A DNA stretch of 64,000 nucleotides from Acutalibacteraceae bacterium (GCA_045635665.1 JAZTWC010000069.1:8532-72531), one strand, 5' to 3'; counted from the first letter of the stretch, positions 18,740 to 28,462 are shown. The notes: generated by a model not told the origin, from the sequence alone. Numbers and translations: made by a program.

Positions 18740-19480
18740 ATGAAAATTATAATCAACGGTGCCGGCGGCAGAATGGGCAAGGCTCTTTCAGCTATCATCG
18801 AAAGCAGTGAAAAGCATACAGTTGCAGCTTATTGCAGTATGGAGTTTGCCACCGACAAAGCACAGAATATCTATAACAACATAAACGAGTTTGATGGTGA
18901 AGCTGATTGTATCATAGACTTCTCAAACCATCTTGCAACAGCTGATGTTATCGGCTATGCAGTTAAGAGAAATCTTCCAATTGTTGTGGCTACAACAGGT
19001 CAGAGCGATGAAGAGCTCGCTATCATCAAGGGTGCTGCAGATAGTATCCCCGTATTCTATTCGCAGAATATGTCACTTGGTGTTGCTCTTCTTTCATGTC
19101 TTGCGAAGATTGCCGCTAAGGCTTTCCCTGATGCTGATGTTGAAATCGTAGAAAAACACCACAACCAGAAGCTTGACGTACCAAGCGGAACAGCTATTTT
19201 GCTTGCAGATGCTATTAAAACTGTCAAGACCGATGCAGAGTACGTTGTCGGCAGAAGCGGTTACGGCAAGAGAGAGAAGAAAGAGATTGGCATCCACTCA
19301 CTTCGTATGGGCAGTGAGGTCGGTACCCATGAAATCATATTTGCTATGGGCTCTCAGGTTATCACCTTAAAGCACGAAGCTGAAAACAGAAGCCTTTTCG
19401 CTGACGGTGCAGTATCAGCGGCAGAATTCCTCGTAAAGCAGGAAAAAGGGTTCTACAATATGGATAATATCCTTGAATAA
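18740..19480 (+). CDS. dapB: 4-hydroxy-tetrahydrodipicolinate reductase
   Basis: NGAGGRMG Rossmann motif, EKHHNQKLDVPSGTA signature, immediately downstream of dapA. Confidence 0.9.
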   Translation: MKIIINGAGGRMGKALSAIIESSEKHTVAAYCSMEFATDKAQNIYNNINEFDGEADCIIDFSNHLATADVIGYAVKRNLPIVVATTGQSDEELAIIKGAADSIPVFYSQNMSLGVALLSCLAKIAAKAFPDADVEIVEKHHNQKLDVPSGTAILLADAIKTVKTDAEYVVGRSGYGKREKKEIGIHSLRMGSEVGTHEIIFAMGSQVITLKHEAENRSLFADGAVSAAEFLVKQEKGFYNMDNILE

Positions 19481-19488
19481 AACACTAA

Positions 19489-19520
19489 GGCAGAGGAATT
19501 AAAAAACCTCTGTCTTTTTT
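19489..19520 (+). terminator. dapAB terminator
   Basis: GGCAGAGG / CCTCTGTC hairpin followed by TTTTTT. Confidence 0.7.
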
Positions 19521-19562
19521 ACATTTTATATAAAATTTTTTAAAACAATTCCACTATATTTG

Positions 19563-19591
19563 TTGACCTTTGAAGTTAAATCTGTTAAAAT
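19563..19591 (+). promoter_or_regulatory. Putative promoter (TTGACC-17-TAAAAT with extended TGT)
   Basis: TTGACCtttgaagttaaatctgtTAAAAT, ~35 nt before the transporter start. Confidence 0.5.
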
Positions 19592-19625
19592 ATTAAGGAA
19601 TATATTTAAAGGAGGAAATATCCCA

Positions 19626-21395
19626 ATGAGTAACTCTTCAGGTGGGTCACTTATGGGCAAGGTAAAAGGCCTTGCAACTGAGATAAAGACCCATTGGCAC
19701 ACCCCTGCTGAAGGCAAATATGTTCCTTATAAAGAGTATAAGGATATCTTCGTTGCTGTCGGCAGTAACTATGCAGGCTCAAAGATTCTCGAATACATCG
19801 GTTTCTGGGCAAGCTGCTATCTTATCATGCACCACTATAAGCTGCCTTACCTTACCTTCTCGGTAATCGGTATCATCAATATGCCTCTGGGCTATATTAC
19901 AGCTCTTATCTGGTGGTTTGTTTGTGACAACCTTGGCTTCCTGCCAAAGAAAACTGAGCGGAAAATATATGCCGTCTATATAGCCATGGCGCTGTTTGGC
20001 ATATCGACAATAGTTTTCGACTACGCTTCACTTTTCAATCCCACAAGTCCCTTTATTACATATCTCAACGGTCTTGAAGGTATGAATGCTACGGCTTGTT
20101 TCAAGACTTTCGGCACACACTTCCTTTACTCAGGTTGGGTAGGCGCACGTAACATTTTCTGGCGTAAAAAGCTCATCCCGAAATTCGGACGTTATAAGTA
20201 TTCACTTTACAGTGACGTTATTCCCAAGTGTATAATGGTTGTTCTTATCGGTTGGCTTCCCGTTTACAACATACCCGATGTTGCAACAAGAGTCTGGGTT
20301 GCAAACCTTCTCTTTGCTACATATAACGTATTCGGTTTCGGTAATGTCCTTGAAACCTGCACAAAGAGTATCAGCCCCAACCTTCAGGAAAGAATTTTCG
20401 TAAGAAGCTATCCTATTAAGATGTCACATTTCGCACACTCAATTATTGCTATTATCCTGCCTGTATTTGTAGGTATGCTCAGATATGAATGGGCTGACAT
20501 CAATCTTTACAGATATATTATTCCCATCACATTTATCGCATTTGCAGTATTCACAATGCTCTTTGCAGGCAGAATCAAGGAAAGAATTCCTCAGCCTCCC
20601 ATTGAAAAGAAGGTTGAGATTAAATTCTGGGACGGTCTCTTCGGGGTTCTGAGAAACAAATATCTGCTTATCAATACCGTCGTAGGTCTTATCGACTCAC
20701 TGGGTAACGGTATGCTTCCCTTTGTAACAATTCTTTATCTCTACACATTCCGTCTGTCAGGTCTTCCCTACAGCCTTATTGTTGCACTTGTTTCATTCGC
20801 AGGTACACCACCCGATTTCCTGTCACCCTATTTCCTTAAGAGATTCTCATACAAGCAGATTATGATATTCTATCAGCTGTCACGTGCTATCGGTAACGCT
20901 GCAATTGCTGCTGCTATCTGGTTCTGCGGCGACAACCTCTCACTTTGCGGTACGATCTGTATTGTAGTTCTCTTCTTCATGGAAATGACAAAGACAGTTC
21001 CCACAACTGCAGGCCACGATATGAACGTTCGTATCGGTGACTATCAGATGTATCTTTCAGGCGAAAGACTCGAAAGCTTTGCAGGTATTTTCGGCTGGTT
21101 CACAGGCCCCATTACCTCTTTCGTAGGTCTTATTATTCCTATCTTCCTTCTGAAGTTTGGCTTTAACAGTAACTGGGAAGTTCTGTTTGTTGACGCTTCA
21201 AGAAGAAGTATCATTGCTATTCCCATCATCGTTGACGTAATCGGTTTCGCTCTTATGACTATTCCCTATCTCTTCTGGGACTACGATAGCAAGAAGCAGA
21301 ATATGGTTATGGAAGTTCTTAAGCGCCGTGCAGAAGTTACGGAAAGAAAAGCTCAGGAAGAGGGCATTTCAACCGATGGCGTATATACAGGTTAA
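19626..21395 (+). CDS. Glycoside-pentoside-hexuronide (GPH)/MFS-like sugar transporter, unusually long
   Basis: AAAGGAGG RBS before the Met at 19626. About 12 or more hydrophobic segments. KFGRYKY loop resembles the GPH G(K/R)(F/Y)RPW loop. Charged C-terminal tail is paralogous to 51752..53287. Confidence 0.65.
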   Translation: MSNSSGGSLMGKVKGLATEIKTHWHTPAEGKYVPYKEYKDIFVAVGSNYAGSKILEYIGFWASCYLIMHHYKLPYLTFSVIGIINMPLGYITALIWWFVCDNLGFLPKKTERKIYAVYIAMALFGISTIVFDYASLFNPTSPFITYLNGLEGMNATACFKTFGTHFLYSGWVGARNIFWRKKLIPKFGRYKYSLYSDVIPKCIMVVLIGWLPVYNIPDVATRVWVANLLFATYNVFGFGNVLETCTKSISPNLQERIFVRSYPIKMSHFAHSIIAIILPVFVGMLRYEWADINLYRYIIPITFIAFAVFTMLFAGRIKERIPQPPIEKKVEIKFWDGLFGVLRNKYLLINTVVGLIDSLGNGMLPFVTILYLYTFRLSGLPYSLIVALVSFAGTPPDFLSPYFLKRFSYKQIMIFYQLSRAIGNAAIAAAIWFCGDNLSLCGTICIVVLFFMEMTKTVPTTAGHDMNVRIGDYQMYLSGERLESFAGIFGWFTGPITSFVGLIIPIFLLKFGFNSNWEVLFVDASRRSIIAIPIIVDVIGFALMTIPYLFWDYDSKKQNMVMEVLKRRAEVTERKAQEEGISTDGVYTG

Positions 21396-21407
21396 GGAGG
21401 CGAGAAT

Positions 21408-22631
21408 ATGAGTAAGAAAAAGATTGATAATACAGAAGAACTCGATCAGGTTATTAATATTCCCGAAGACGAAATCTGGACATATCAGGTAGAAGGTCTT
21501 GCAGCTCCTCATATCGGCAAGCCTTATAAAAATGCAGGTGCAAAGAAAGCGTTACTTGCAGTTATCATTCTTATCGCTGTTTCGCTTTCATGCTATTTCA
21601 GTGTAAGAACTGTACAGAGTGATACATTTGAATACACACCTCACTGGGATGAGGATTATGAATTCTCAAAATTCAGCAACACAGGTTATATTAAAGAAAT
21701 CACCATTGACTATGTTACAGAAATCGAATACGATCAGGAAAATCCTGATGTAACCTCGAACTTCACATTCGTCAAAGACGAGACAAAGGCAATCACTTCA
21801 ATTCGTGAATATGCACTCAACTGTGACGGTGTTGTTGAAGTTATCAACATCGGCCCCGGCGTACTCAGCATCGACGGCAAGTCATTCTATTCATGTTGGG
21901 CACTTCAGAGAATCGAAGTAGATGAAAACAACCCCAACTACTGTGATGTAGACGGTGTACTTTACACCAAGGATATGAAGACAGTTATCTGCTATCCTCC
22001 CAACCATGATCAGTACTTAAGAACAAAGTTCGGTTATGAGGCAGAGCCCTACAGAGCTGATGCAACAGAAGAGTATATCAGAGATATTCAGACTTATGTT
22101 GTACCCTCAACTGTTGAAACTATCGGCGAGCTTGCATTCGCATACTCAAACCTCAGAAATGTATATCTCCCCGAAGGTCTCAAATCAGTAGAAACTCTCG
22201 GTCTCTTCAAGCTTCACGAGCCCAAAGACCAGTGGAGTAACACACCTTCACTTGACAACATCTATTCATACAAGACTGATGCTGAAATTCTTGATTCAGC
22301 TTTCACTTCCGAGGAAGCTTTAGGCGAAATTTATCTTTCACTTCCCGAGGGTCTTGAATATATCGGTTCAGACGCATTCAGCTATAATCAGGAATTACCC
22401 TATGTATATATTCCTGCAAGTGTAACCTACATCGGTCACCATGCTTTCTGGGATACTCTCTATGAAGAAAACGGTGAGCTTAAGGGTGTTACTGTAATGA
22501 ATGTTGCTGCTGACGAAGATACATTCAAAGATGTTAAGTGCGGTGACAGCTGGAGACCTCAGTACGACTATATGCTCTTTAAAAAGTCTGTAGATATCAA
22601 CTATGCTGCTGAAAGAGCAACCCTTGATTGA
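21408..22631 (+). CDS. Membrane-anchored BspA-type leucine-rich repeat protein
   Basis: TM segment ALLAVIILIAVSLSCYF. LRR units include VPSTVETIGELAFAYSNLRNVYLP and IPASVTYIGHHAFW. Confidence 0.7.
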   Translation: MSKKKIDNTEELDQVINIPEDEIWTYQVEGLAAPHIGKPYKNAGAKKALLAVIILIAVSLSCYFSVRTVQSDTFEYTPHWDEDYEFSKFSNTGYIKEITIDYVTEIEYDQENPDVTSNFTFVKDETKAITSIREYALNCDGVVEVINIGPGVLSIDGKSFYSCWALQRIEVDENNPNYCDVDGVLYTKDMKTVICYPPNHDQYLRTKFGYEAEPYRADATEEYIRDIQTYVVPSTVETIGELAFAYSNLRNVYLPEGLKSVETLGLFKLHEPKDQWSNTPSLDNIYSYKTDAEILDSAFTSEEALGEIYLSLPEGLEYIGSDAFSYNQELPYVYIPASVTYIGHHAFWDTLYEENGELKGVTVMNVAADEDTFKDVKCGDSWRPQYDYMLFKKSVDINYAAERATLD

Positions 22632-22645
22632 TAAGAGGTAACATT

Positions 22646-24181
22646 ATGATGAAAAACTGGATCAGATTCCGTGAAAAGTATGTTTACTTTTTTGTTATAC
22701 TCATCTATGTGATGGTAAACATTGCTGGTTTCTTTGGTATCTCTGCTGATAAAACCAGAATCAAACTCGATAAAGTTTCACTTGAGCAGGAAATCACCGG
22801 TTGGGGTACCTCAGGCTGTTGGTGGGCTCAGAAACTCGGTGAATGCGAAAGTGCAGAAGAAGTTACAAAGCTCCTTTTCACAAAAGAGGGTCTCGGACTC
22901 AACATCTACCGTTACAATATCGGTGGTGGATCAAAGGATGACCCCACAGGCCGTCTTGATAAAAACTCATCAAGAGCTACAGAAAGCTTCCTTGTTTGGA
23001 GCGAAGAGGAGCAGGATTGGGTTTATGACTGGAGCAAAGATGCTGCAGCTCAGAAGATACTTGATATGGTTCTTGATTATGGCTGTGTTGACACAGTTGT
23101 AATGTTTGCTAACTCACCTCATTACTCAATGTGTGTATCGGGCAATGCTTCAGGCGGTCTTGAGCCTGCACAGTCAAACCTCAGGAAAGATTGCTATGAC
23201 GATTATGTAGACTATTTCCTTGATATAACTCAGCATTTTATTGACGAGGGTGTACCCGTAAAGTACATAAGCCCCATCAATGAGCCTCAGTGGGACTGGG
23301 GCGGTGGCTGGGTAGGTCAGGAAGGCTGTCACTACGAAATCGACGAAGCTGTTGAGCTTATCCGTATGTTTGCTCTCGAAATCAAAGAGAGAAATATGGA
23401 TGTAAAGCTTTCAGTTCTTGAAAGCGGTCAGGTAGGCGACCATGCTATTGAGTGCCTCGAAAAGCTCTATGCTGACGAAGATATCAGAGATGTTCTCGGT
23501 ACCTATGCTTACCACAGCTATTGGACAGACGGAAACTTTATTCTCAAGGATGCTTTCGGCTATTATATTGACAAAAAGTTCCCGAATGTTGAACTCGAAA
23601 TGAGCGAATGGTGTGAGCTTCCCTGTGAACATAAAATCGACGACATTGAAGCTGGTCTCATTATGGCGCGTACAATTGGTGAAGATATGGCTCAGACCGG
23701 TGCAAACTCCTGGTCAAGCTGGGTAGCAGTCAACGAGGGTGGCAAGGATGCCGACTCAATGATTGCTGTTGGTAATAGTTATGAAAACTATCAGATATCC
23801 AAGAGATATTATGCTATGGGTCACTACACCAAGTTTATTCCCGTAGGCAGCCGTGCTGTTGATACTAATGTCAGTGTCGGTGATATGACTGTTGAAAAAG
23901 AAAACAGATGGCCCTATTGGATAAACGACAAACCCTATCAGGCATATAATGTCACTAATTATCTTACAGTTTCAGCTTATAAGACCCCTGAGGGCAAGTA
24001 CGTTGCTGTTATAGTCAACGAGGGAGAGGACAAAGAAGTCTCCTTCAATATGCTCGGTTGGGATGCGAAAGTTTACACCACCGATGCTGACAGCGACCTT
24101 GAACTCACATCTGAGACAAAGGGTCACAAAAAAATCACAATCGGTGAAAAGAGTATAACTACAGTTGTATTCGAAAGATAA
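22646..24181 (+). CDS. Glycoside hydrolase family 30, signal-anchored
   Basis: ITGWGTSGCWWA, ISPINEPQW (acid/base Glu) and MSEWCEL (nucleophile Glu) fit the GH30 pattern. The Met at 22646 follows an AAGAGG RBS. Confidence 0.75.
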   Translation: MMKNWIRFREKYVYFFVILIYVMVNIAGFFGISADKTRIKLDKVSLEQEITGWGTSGCWWAQKLGECESAEEVTKLLFTKEGLGLNIYRYNIGGGSKDDPTGRLDKNSSRATESFLVWSEEEQDWVYDWSKDAAAQKILDMVLDYGCVDTVVMFANSPHYSMCVSGNASGGLEPAQSNLRKDCYDDYVDYFLDITQHFIDEGVPVKYISPINEPQWDWGGGWVGQEGCHYEIDEAVELIRMFALEIKERNMDVKLSVLESGQVGDHAIECLEKLYADEDIRDVLGTYAYHSYWTDGNFILKDAFGYYIDKKFPNVELEMSEWCELPCEHKIDDIEAGLIMARTIGEDMAQTGANSWSSWVAVNEGGKDADSMIAVGNSYENYQISKRYYAMGHYTKFIPVGSRAVDTNVSVGDMTVEKENRWPYWINDKPYQAYNVTNYLTVSAYKTPEGKYVAVIVNEGEDKEVSFNMLGWDAKVYTTDADSDLELTSETKGHKKITIGEKSITTVVFER

Positions 24182-24189
24182 TAAATATT

Positions 24190-24223
24190 GCAGAGGACGG
24201 CGAAAGTCTCCTCTGCATTTTTT
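24190..24223 (+). terminator. Rho-independent terminator after GH30
   Basis: GCAGAGGA / TCCTCTGC stem followed by ATTTTTTG. Confidence 0.7.
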
Positions 24224-24237
24224 GTTTGAAATTTCAT

Positions 24238-24266
24238 TTGACATAGCCGAAGCAATTATATATAAT
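24238..24266 (+). promoter_or_regulatory. Consensus promoter TTGACA-17-TATAAT
   Basis: TTGACAtagccgaagcaattataTATAAT ends 4 nt before the ATG at 24271. Confidence 0.6.
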
Positions 24267-24270
24267 TAAA

Positions 24271-25485
24271 ATGGATGAAATCATAAAGAAAGGGGCGATG
24301 AGGTTGAAAAGAATTTTACGCGGTGTAAGAATCGCTGTGCTCAGCGTTGTTTTTGTTGTGCTTTGCGGCTTTCTCTTTGTTTATGTCACTGAAGATGAAC
24401 CTCAGACACCTGTGGCTGATTTCTTGCCTACTGACTTTATAATAAACTATCCTGATAAATATAATGTCAGACCTGTCGGCCGTACCTTCTATGAGGGCGG
24501 TGTGAGATATTTTTCTCACTCGGGCAGCGGTCTGGAATTTGCCTGCAGAGGTGAGTACGCCACAATAAAACTTATCGATGACTCTCAGGGTAGATATTTT
24601 CAGAATCATCAACCCCGTTATGCTATATATAAAAATGGCTTTCTTGTTGAAGAGGGAGTGCTTACCGAGGCTGAAAAAATCAGCTATATCACTCTTGACG
24701 GATATTATGTTGATACTGTGATAAAGGTTGTCAAGCTTTCCGAGGCTCAGTATTCTTCTATGGGTGTTGGAGAAATAACTCTTTATGGTAAAAATAAAAT
24801 CAAGCCGACTAAAGAAAAAGAGCTTAAAATCGAGTTTATCGGTGACTCAATTACCTGCGGTTATGGTATTGATGAGATGAATGAAAACGCTCCTTTTTCC
24901 ACTGCGACGGAAAACTTTACTAAAACTTATGCTTATCTTACAGCGGAGCAACTCAATGCCGATTACAGTGCTGTATGTTTTTCCGGTTATGGTGTGTACT
25001 CGGGTTACACATCAAACGGTATACTCAATGCAGAAGACACAGTGCCTTTATACTATGATAAGTCCAGCTTCCTTTATGGTGGCAGAGAAACTCAGTGGGA
25101 TTTCAGTGAGTTTCAGAGTGATATAGTTGTCATAAATCTTGGAACAAATGATGCCTCGTACTGCGCTAAAAGTCTTAGCGGAAGGCAGGAATTTACCCGC
25201 AAATATACTGACTTCATCCGTCAGGTGCGGTACCATAACCCATATGCATATATTATCTGCATACTCGGCGATATGAACAACGCCCTTTATTCCTGCATAG
25301 AGCAGGCCGTCAGCAACTATATCAATTCGGTTTTTGATAACAGAGTAACAGCAATGACCATCGGATACAAAATGGGAGAAAACGATATAGTTATCAATGG
25401 TCACCCTGGTTATATGTCAAATGTTTATGCAGCAAATGAGCTGAGCTCAAAAATAGCAGAATTGCTTAATGCAGCAAACTTTTAA
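24271..25485 (+). CDS. Carbohydrate esterase, SGNH/GDSL hydrolase (CE2-like: N-terminal beta-sandwich plus esterase), membrane-anchored
   Basis: FIGDSITCGYG (Ser nucleophile block), LGTNDAS, and C-terminal NGHPG (His block). TM helix near the N-terminus. An alternative start at 24298 is possible. Confidence 0.7.
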   Translation: MDEIIKKGAMRLKRILRGVRIAVLSVVFVVLCGFLFVYVTEDEPQTPVADFLPTDFIINYPDKYNVRPVGRTFYEGGVRYFSHSGSGLEFACRGEYATIKLIDDSQGRYFQNHQPRYAIYKNGFLVEEGVLTEAEKISYITLDGYYVDTVIKVVKLSEAQYSSMGVGEITLYGKNKIKPTKEKELKIEFIGDSITCGYGIDEMNENAPFSTATENFTKTYAYLTAEQLNADYSAVCFSGYGVYSGYTSNGILNAEDTVPLYYDKSSFLYGGRETQWDFSEFQSDIVVINLGTNDASYCAKSLSGRQEFTRKYTDFIRQVRYHNPYAYIICILGDMNNALYSCIEQAVSNYINSVFDNRVTAMTIGYKMGENDIVINGHPGYMSNVYAANELSSKIAELLNAANF

Positions 25486-25500
25486 ATTACGGTGAAATAT

Positions 25501-26511
25501 ATGTTCGAAGTTTTCTCTTTTTCTTTCAATGCGGTGGCACCTATACTGCTTCTAACCGTTGCGGGATATATAATAAAACTCAGTGGTCTTTTTGATGATG
25601 GCTTTTTCAAAAAGTGCAATACTCTGGTTTTCAGAGTGTTTCTGCCCATATTGCTTTTTAAAAATGTCTATGACATAAAGTCAATCAGCGATATAAATTT
25701 CTCAGCTATTTTGTATTGTGTTGTGGCAATACTTTTGCTTTGTTTCATAGGCAATATGTCAGCTAAGATTTTTGCTGACAACCGACAGCAAAAAGGTGTA
25801 ATAAATCAGTGCACTTTCAGGTCAAATTATGCTATTATCGGCATACCTCTTGCGGAGTCTCTGGGCTCTGCTGAGGCACTGGCTTTTGCAGGGGTTTTAT
25901 CCGCAGTATCAATTCCGCTTTTCAATGTTCTTGCAGTAATTTTGTTGTCTCACTACTCTCAGAAAGACAGCGATACAAATATAAAATCAACTCTTAAAAG
26001 TGCAGCAAAGAACCCTCTTATACGAGGTGTGGGACTTGGCATAATCGTACTTTTAATCAGACAGTTTATTCCAGTAAACGAGACGGGAGAGCTCATCTTT
26101 TCGGTAAAAAATGATATGCCATTCCTTTATTCGGCTGTTTCAAATCTTGCGAGGGCTGCATCACCTCTTGCTCTGGTAGTGCTCGGTGCGAGATTTGATT
26201 TTTCAGCGGTAAAGAGTCTCATCAAACCTATAACAGCAAGCGTTATCTTAAGACTTGTTGTGGCACCCTTAGTTGGTGTAGGTGGTGCTATGATTCTCAG
26301 TCAGACGGGCATTATGCATTTTACCGCCACAGAGTACCCGGCACTCATATCTCTCTTCGGCACTCCTGTAGCCGTTTCAAGTGCGGTTATGGTTGGCGAA
26401 ATCGGCGGAGATGAACAGCTTGCAGGTCAGCTTGTTGTATGGACAAGTCTGATGTCAGTATTCAGTATATTCATTACGGTTTTTCTTATGAAAAGCCTTG
26501 GATTCATATAA
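25501..26511 (+). CDS. AEC (auxin efflux carrier) family permease
   Basis: About 10 TM segments; N-terminus AVAPILLLTVAGYII is typical of the family. The start is ambiguous (GTG at 25492 or ATG at 25501). Confidence 0.72.
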   Translation: MFEVFSFSFNAVAPILLLTVAGYIIKLSGLFDDGFFKKCNTLVFRVFLPILLFKNVYDIKSISDINFSAILYCVVAILLLCFIGNMSAKIFADNRQQKGVINQCTFRSNYAIIGIPLAESLGSAEALAFAGVLSAVSIPLFNVLAVILLSHYSQKDSDTNIKSTLKSAAKNPLIRGVGLGIIVLLIRQFIPVNETGELIFSVKNDMPFLYSAVSNLARAASPLALVVLGARFDFSAVKSLIKPITASVILRLVVAPLVGVGGAMILSQTGIMHFTATEYPALISLFGTPVAVSSAVMVGEIGGDEQLAGQLVVWTSLMSVFSIFITVFLMKSLGFI

Positions 26512-26532
26512 TAATCAAAAAGGAGAAATATT

Positions 26533-28182
26533 ATGAAAAACAAGAAATTCTGTCCTATCTGTATTGCTAAAAAGATAGTCGGTAAAACCCAAGTTTCTCA
26601 GGTGGCTAAAGGTGCATACGGCAACGGTGTAGCTATGACACCGCCTATGGGTTGGTCAAGCTGGAATCTTTTCCGCAACAAAATAAGTGAAGACCTCATC
26701 AAGGAAATCGCTGATGCTATGGTTGACAGCGGTCTTGCAGAAGCAGGCTATCAGTATGTCAATATCGATGACTGCTGGCAGGCAAATGAAAGAGATGCAA
26801 GTGGCAGACTTCAGTGTGATAAGGTCAATTTCCCAAGCGGTATCAGAGCTCTCACTGATTATGTCAACAGCCGCGGTGTAAAACTCGGCATTTACTCATC
26901 AAACGGTACTCTCACTTGTGAGGATTATCCTGCATCACTCAGAAACGAAAGAGTTGATGCGGAAACCTTTGCTGAGTGGGGGGTAGAATATTTCAAATAC
27001 GACTTCTGCCACAATGTGCCCATTCCCTCAAAAGCCCCCTGGATTATCGGTGTCGGCTTTGCAAAAGAGGGTGCAGGTGAAACTTTCAGATGTTTTGAGC
27101 CTGATGATATGAAACTCAGTGGCGATGCATACATATTACCCGACGAAAAAGTTGAACCCAGAAGCATTGTTGCAGGTCTTGACTCTGGGCTCGGCACAAT
27201 AACTGTTGAAGTTGAAGTGCCTGAAGCCGGTGAGTATATACTTTTCCTGAGTGTAAGAAAAGATGATAGAAAGAAGAAATTCCTCAGAGCTGTTATAAAC
27301 GGCAAGGATGAGTATCATCTTTACTGTCAGAGTAAGGATGCCAACAATACTGACAGTAAGCTTCAGACTATGATATATCTGGATAAGGGCAATAATACTG
27401 TTGTGTTAGACAACCCTGTTAAGTCGAGAATGGATTCTGCCGCAATTCAGTATAAACTTATGGGCAGAGAGCTCAAACGCGCAACAAAGCTTTATGCTGA
27501 GAAAAACGGTGTAGAAGAGAAGCCTATTATCTTCTCAATCTGTGAGTGGGGCTTTAATCAGCCTTGGAAGTGGGGCGCCGAAGCAGGTAATCTCTGGAGA
27601 ACAACAGGCGATATCAGGGAGGTTTGGCCATCAATACTTGCAATTTATGAGTTCACTGTCAATCTTTATAAATACTCAGTACCCGGTGCCTGGAATGACC
27701 CCGATATGCTCGAGGTTGGTAATGGTGACCTTACTCAGGAAGAAAACAAGGCACACTTCTCACTGTGGTGTATGATGAATGCGCCTCTTATTCTCGGCAA
27801 CGATATCAGAAAGTTTATTCTTCCCGACGGCAGTGTTGATAAAGAAAATGCTGTGTATAAGATTCTTACCAATAAGGATATGATTGCTATCAATCAGGAT
27901 CCCTTGGGTATTCAGTGCAGAAGATTTAAGAAAGGTCTTGTGGATGTGCTTGTCAAGCCTCTCAAGGACAGCTCAGTTGCCATCTGTGTATTTAATAAGA
28001 CAAATAAACCTAATGGTACCGAAATCAAACTTAAAGACATCGCAAATCTCGGTTTTGTGAGCCTGCCGAAAAAAGAGGGCTACAGTGTCTATGATGTCTG
28101 GGAAAACAGATACAGCGAGGGCACAACTATGCTCTCTTCAGCTCCTGAAGCTCACGGCGTAAAGGTGTATATTGTAAAATAA
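26533..28182 (+). CDS. Alpha-galactosidase-type glycoside hydrolase family 27 with an internal beta-sandwich-like insertion; no signal peptide
   Basis: PPMGWSSWN, YVNIDDCW, KYDFC (nucleophile Asp), CEWG and NDPDMLEVGN motifs. About 175 aa separate KYDFC from CEWG. Confidence 0.85.
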   Translation: MKNKKFCPICIAKKIVGKTQVSQVAKGAYGNGVAMTPPMGWSSWNLFRNKISEDLIKEIADAMVDSGLAEAGYQYVNIDDCWQANERDASGRLQCDKVNFPSGIRALTDYVNSRGVKLGIYSSNGTLTCEDYPASLRNERVDAETFAEWGVEYFKYDFCHNVPIPSKAPWIIGVGFAKEGAGETFRCFEPDDMKLSGDAYILPDEKVEPRSIVAGLDSGLGTITVEVEVPEAGEYILFLSVRKDDRKKKFLRAVINGKDEYHLYCQSKDANNTDSKLQTMIYLDKGNNTVVLDNPVKSRMDSAAIQYKLMGRELKRATKLYAEKNGVEEKPIIFSICEWGFNQPWKWGAEAGNLWRTTGDIREVWPSILAIYEFTVNLYKYSVPGAWNDPDMLEVGNGDLTQEENKAHFSLWCMMNAPLILGNDIRKFILPDGSVDKENAVYKILTNKDMIAINQDPLGIQCRRFKKGLVDVLVKPLKDSSVAICVFNKTNKPNGTEIKLKDIANLGFVSLPKKEGYSVYDVWENRYSEGTTMLSSAPEAHGVKVYIVK

Positions 28183-28260
28183 AAAAGCATCATCGCGTTT
28201 TTGATTCTTTTTCCGCGACAGGAAAAAGAATGCCCTGCGGCGAGCGAAATAAAAATGAAA

Positions 28261-28287
28261 GACAGTCTGATATCAGGCTGTCTTTTT
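28261..28287 (+). terminator. GH27 terminator
   Basis: GACAGTCTGA / TCAGGCTGTC hairpin followed by TTTTT. Confidence 0.7.
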
Positions 28288-28358
28288 GTTGGTACGCGCT
28301 TTGGCAGAGGAGATATAGCAGTTTTTTCACGCCATGATAGATTGATTATAAATTTTAG

Positions 28359-28387
28359 TTGACAAATAAAACTGATGTGTCTATAAT
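28359..28387 (+). promoter_or_regulatory. Consensus promoter TTGACA-17-TATAAT
   Basis: TTGACAaataaaactgatgtgtcTATAAT, upstream of 28463. Confidence 0.6.
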
Positions 28388-28462
28388 TAGATGAGTAGAT
28401 TTATCTGTAAAGCAGACTTCACAGAAAATATGAAAATGACAACATAGCAGGAGGGGACAACT

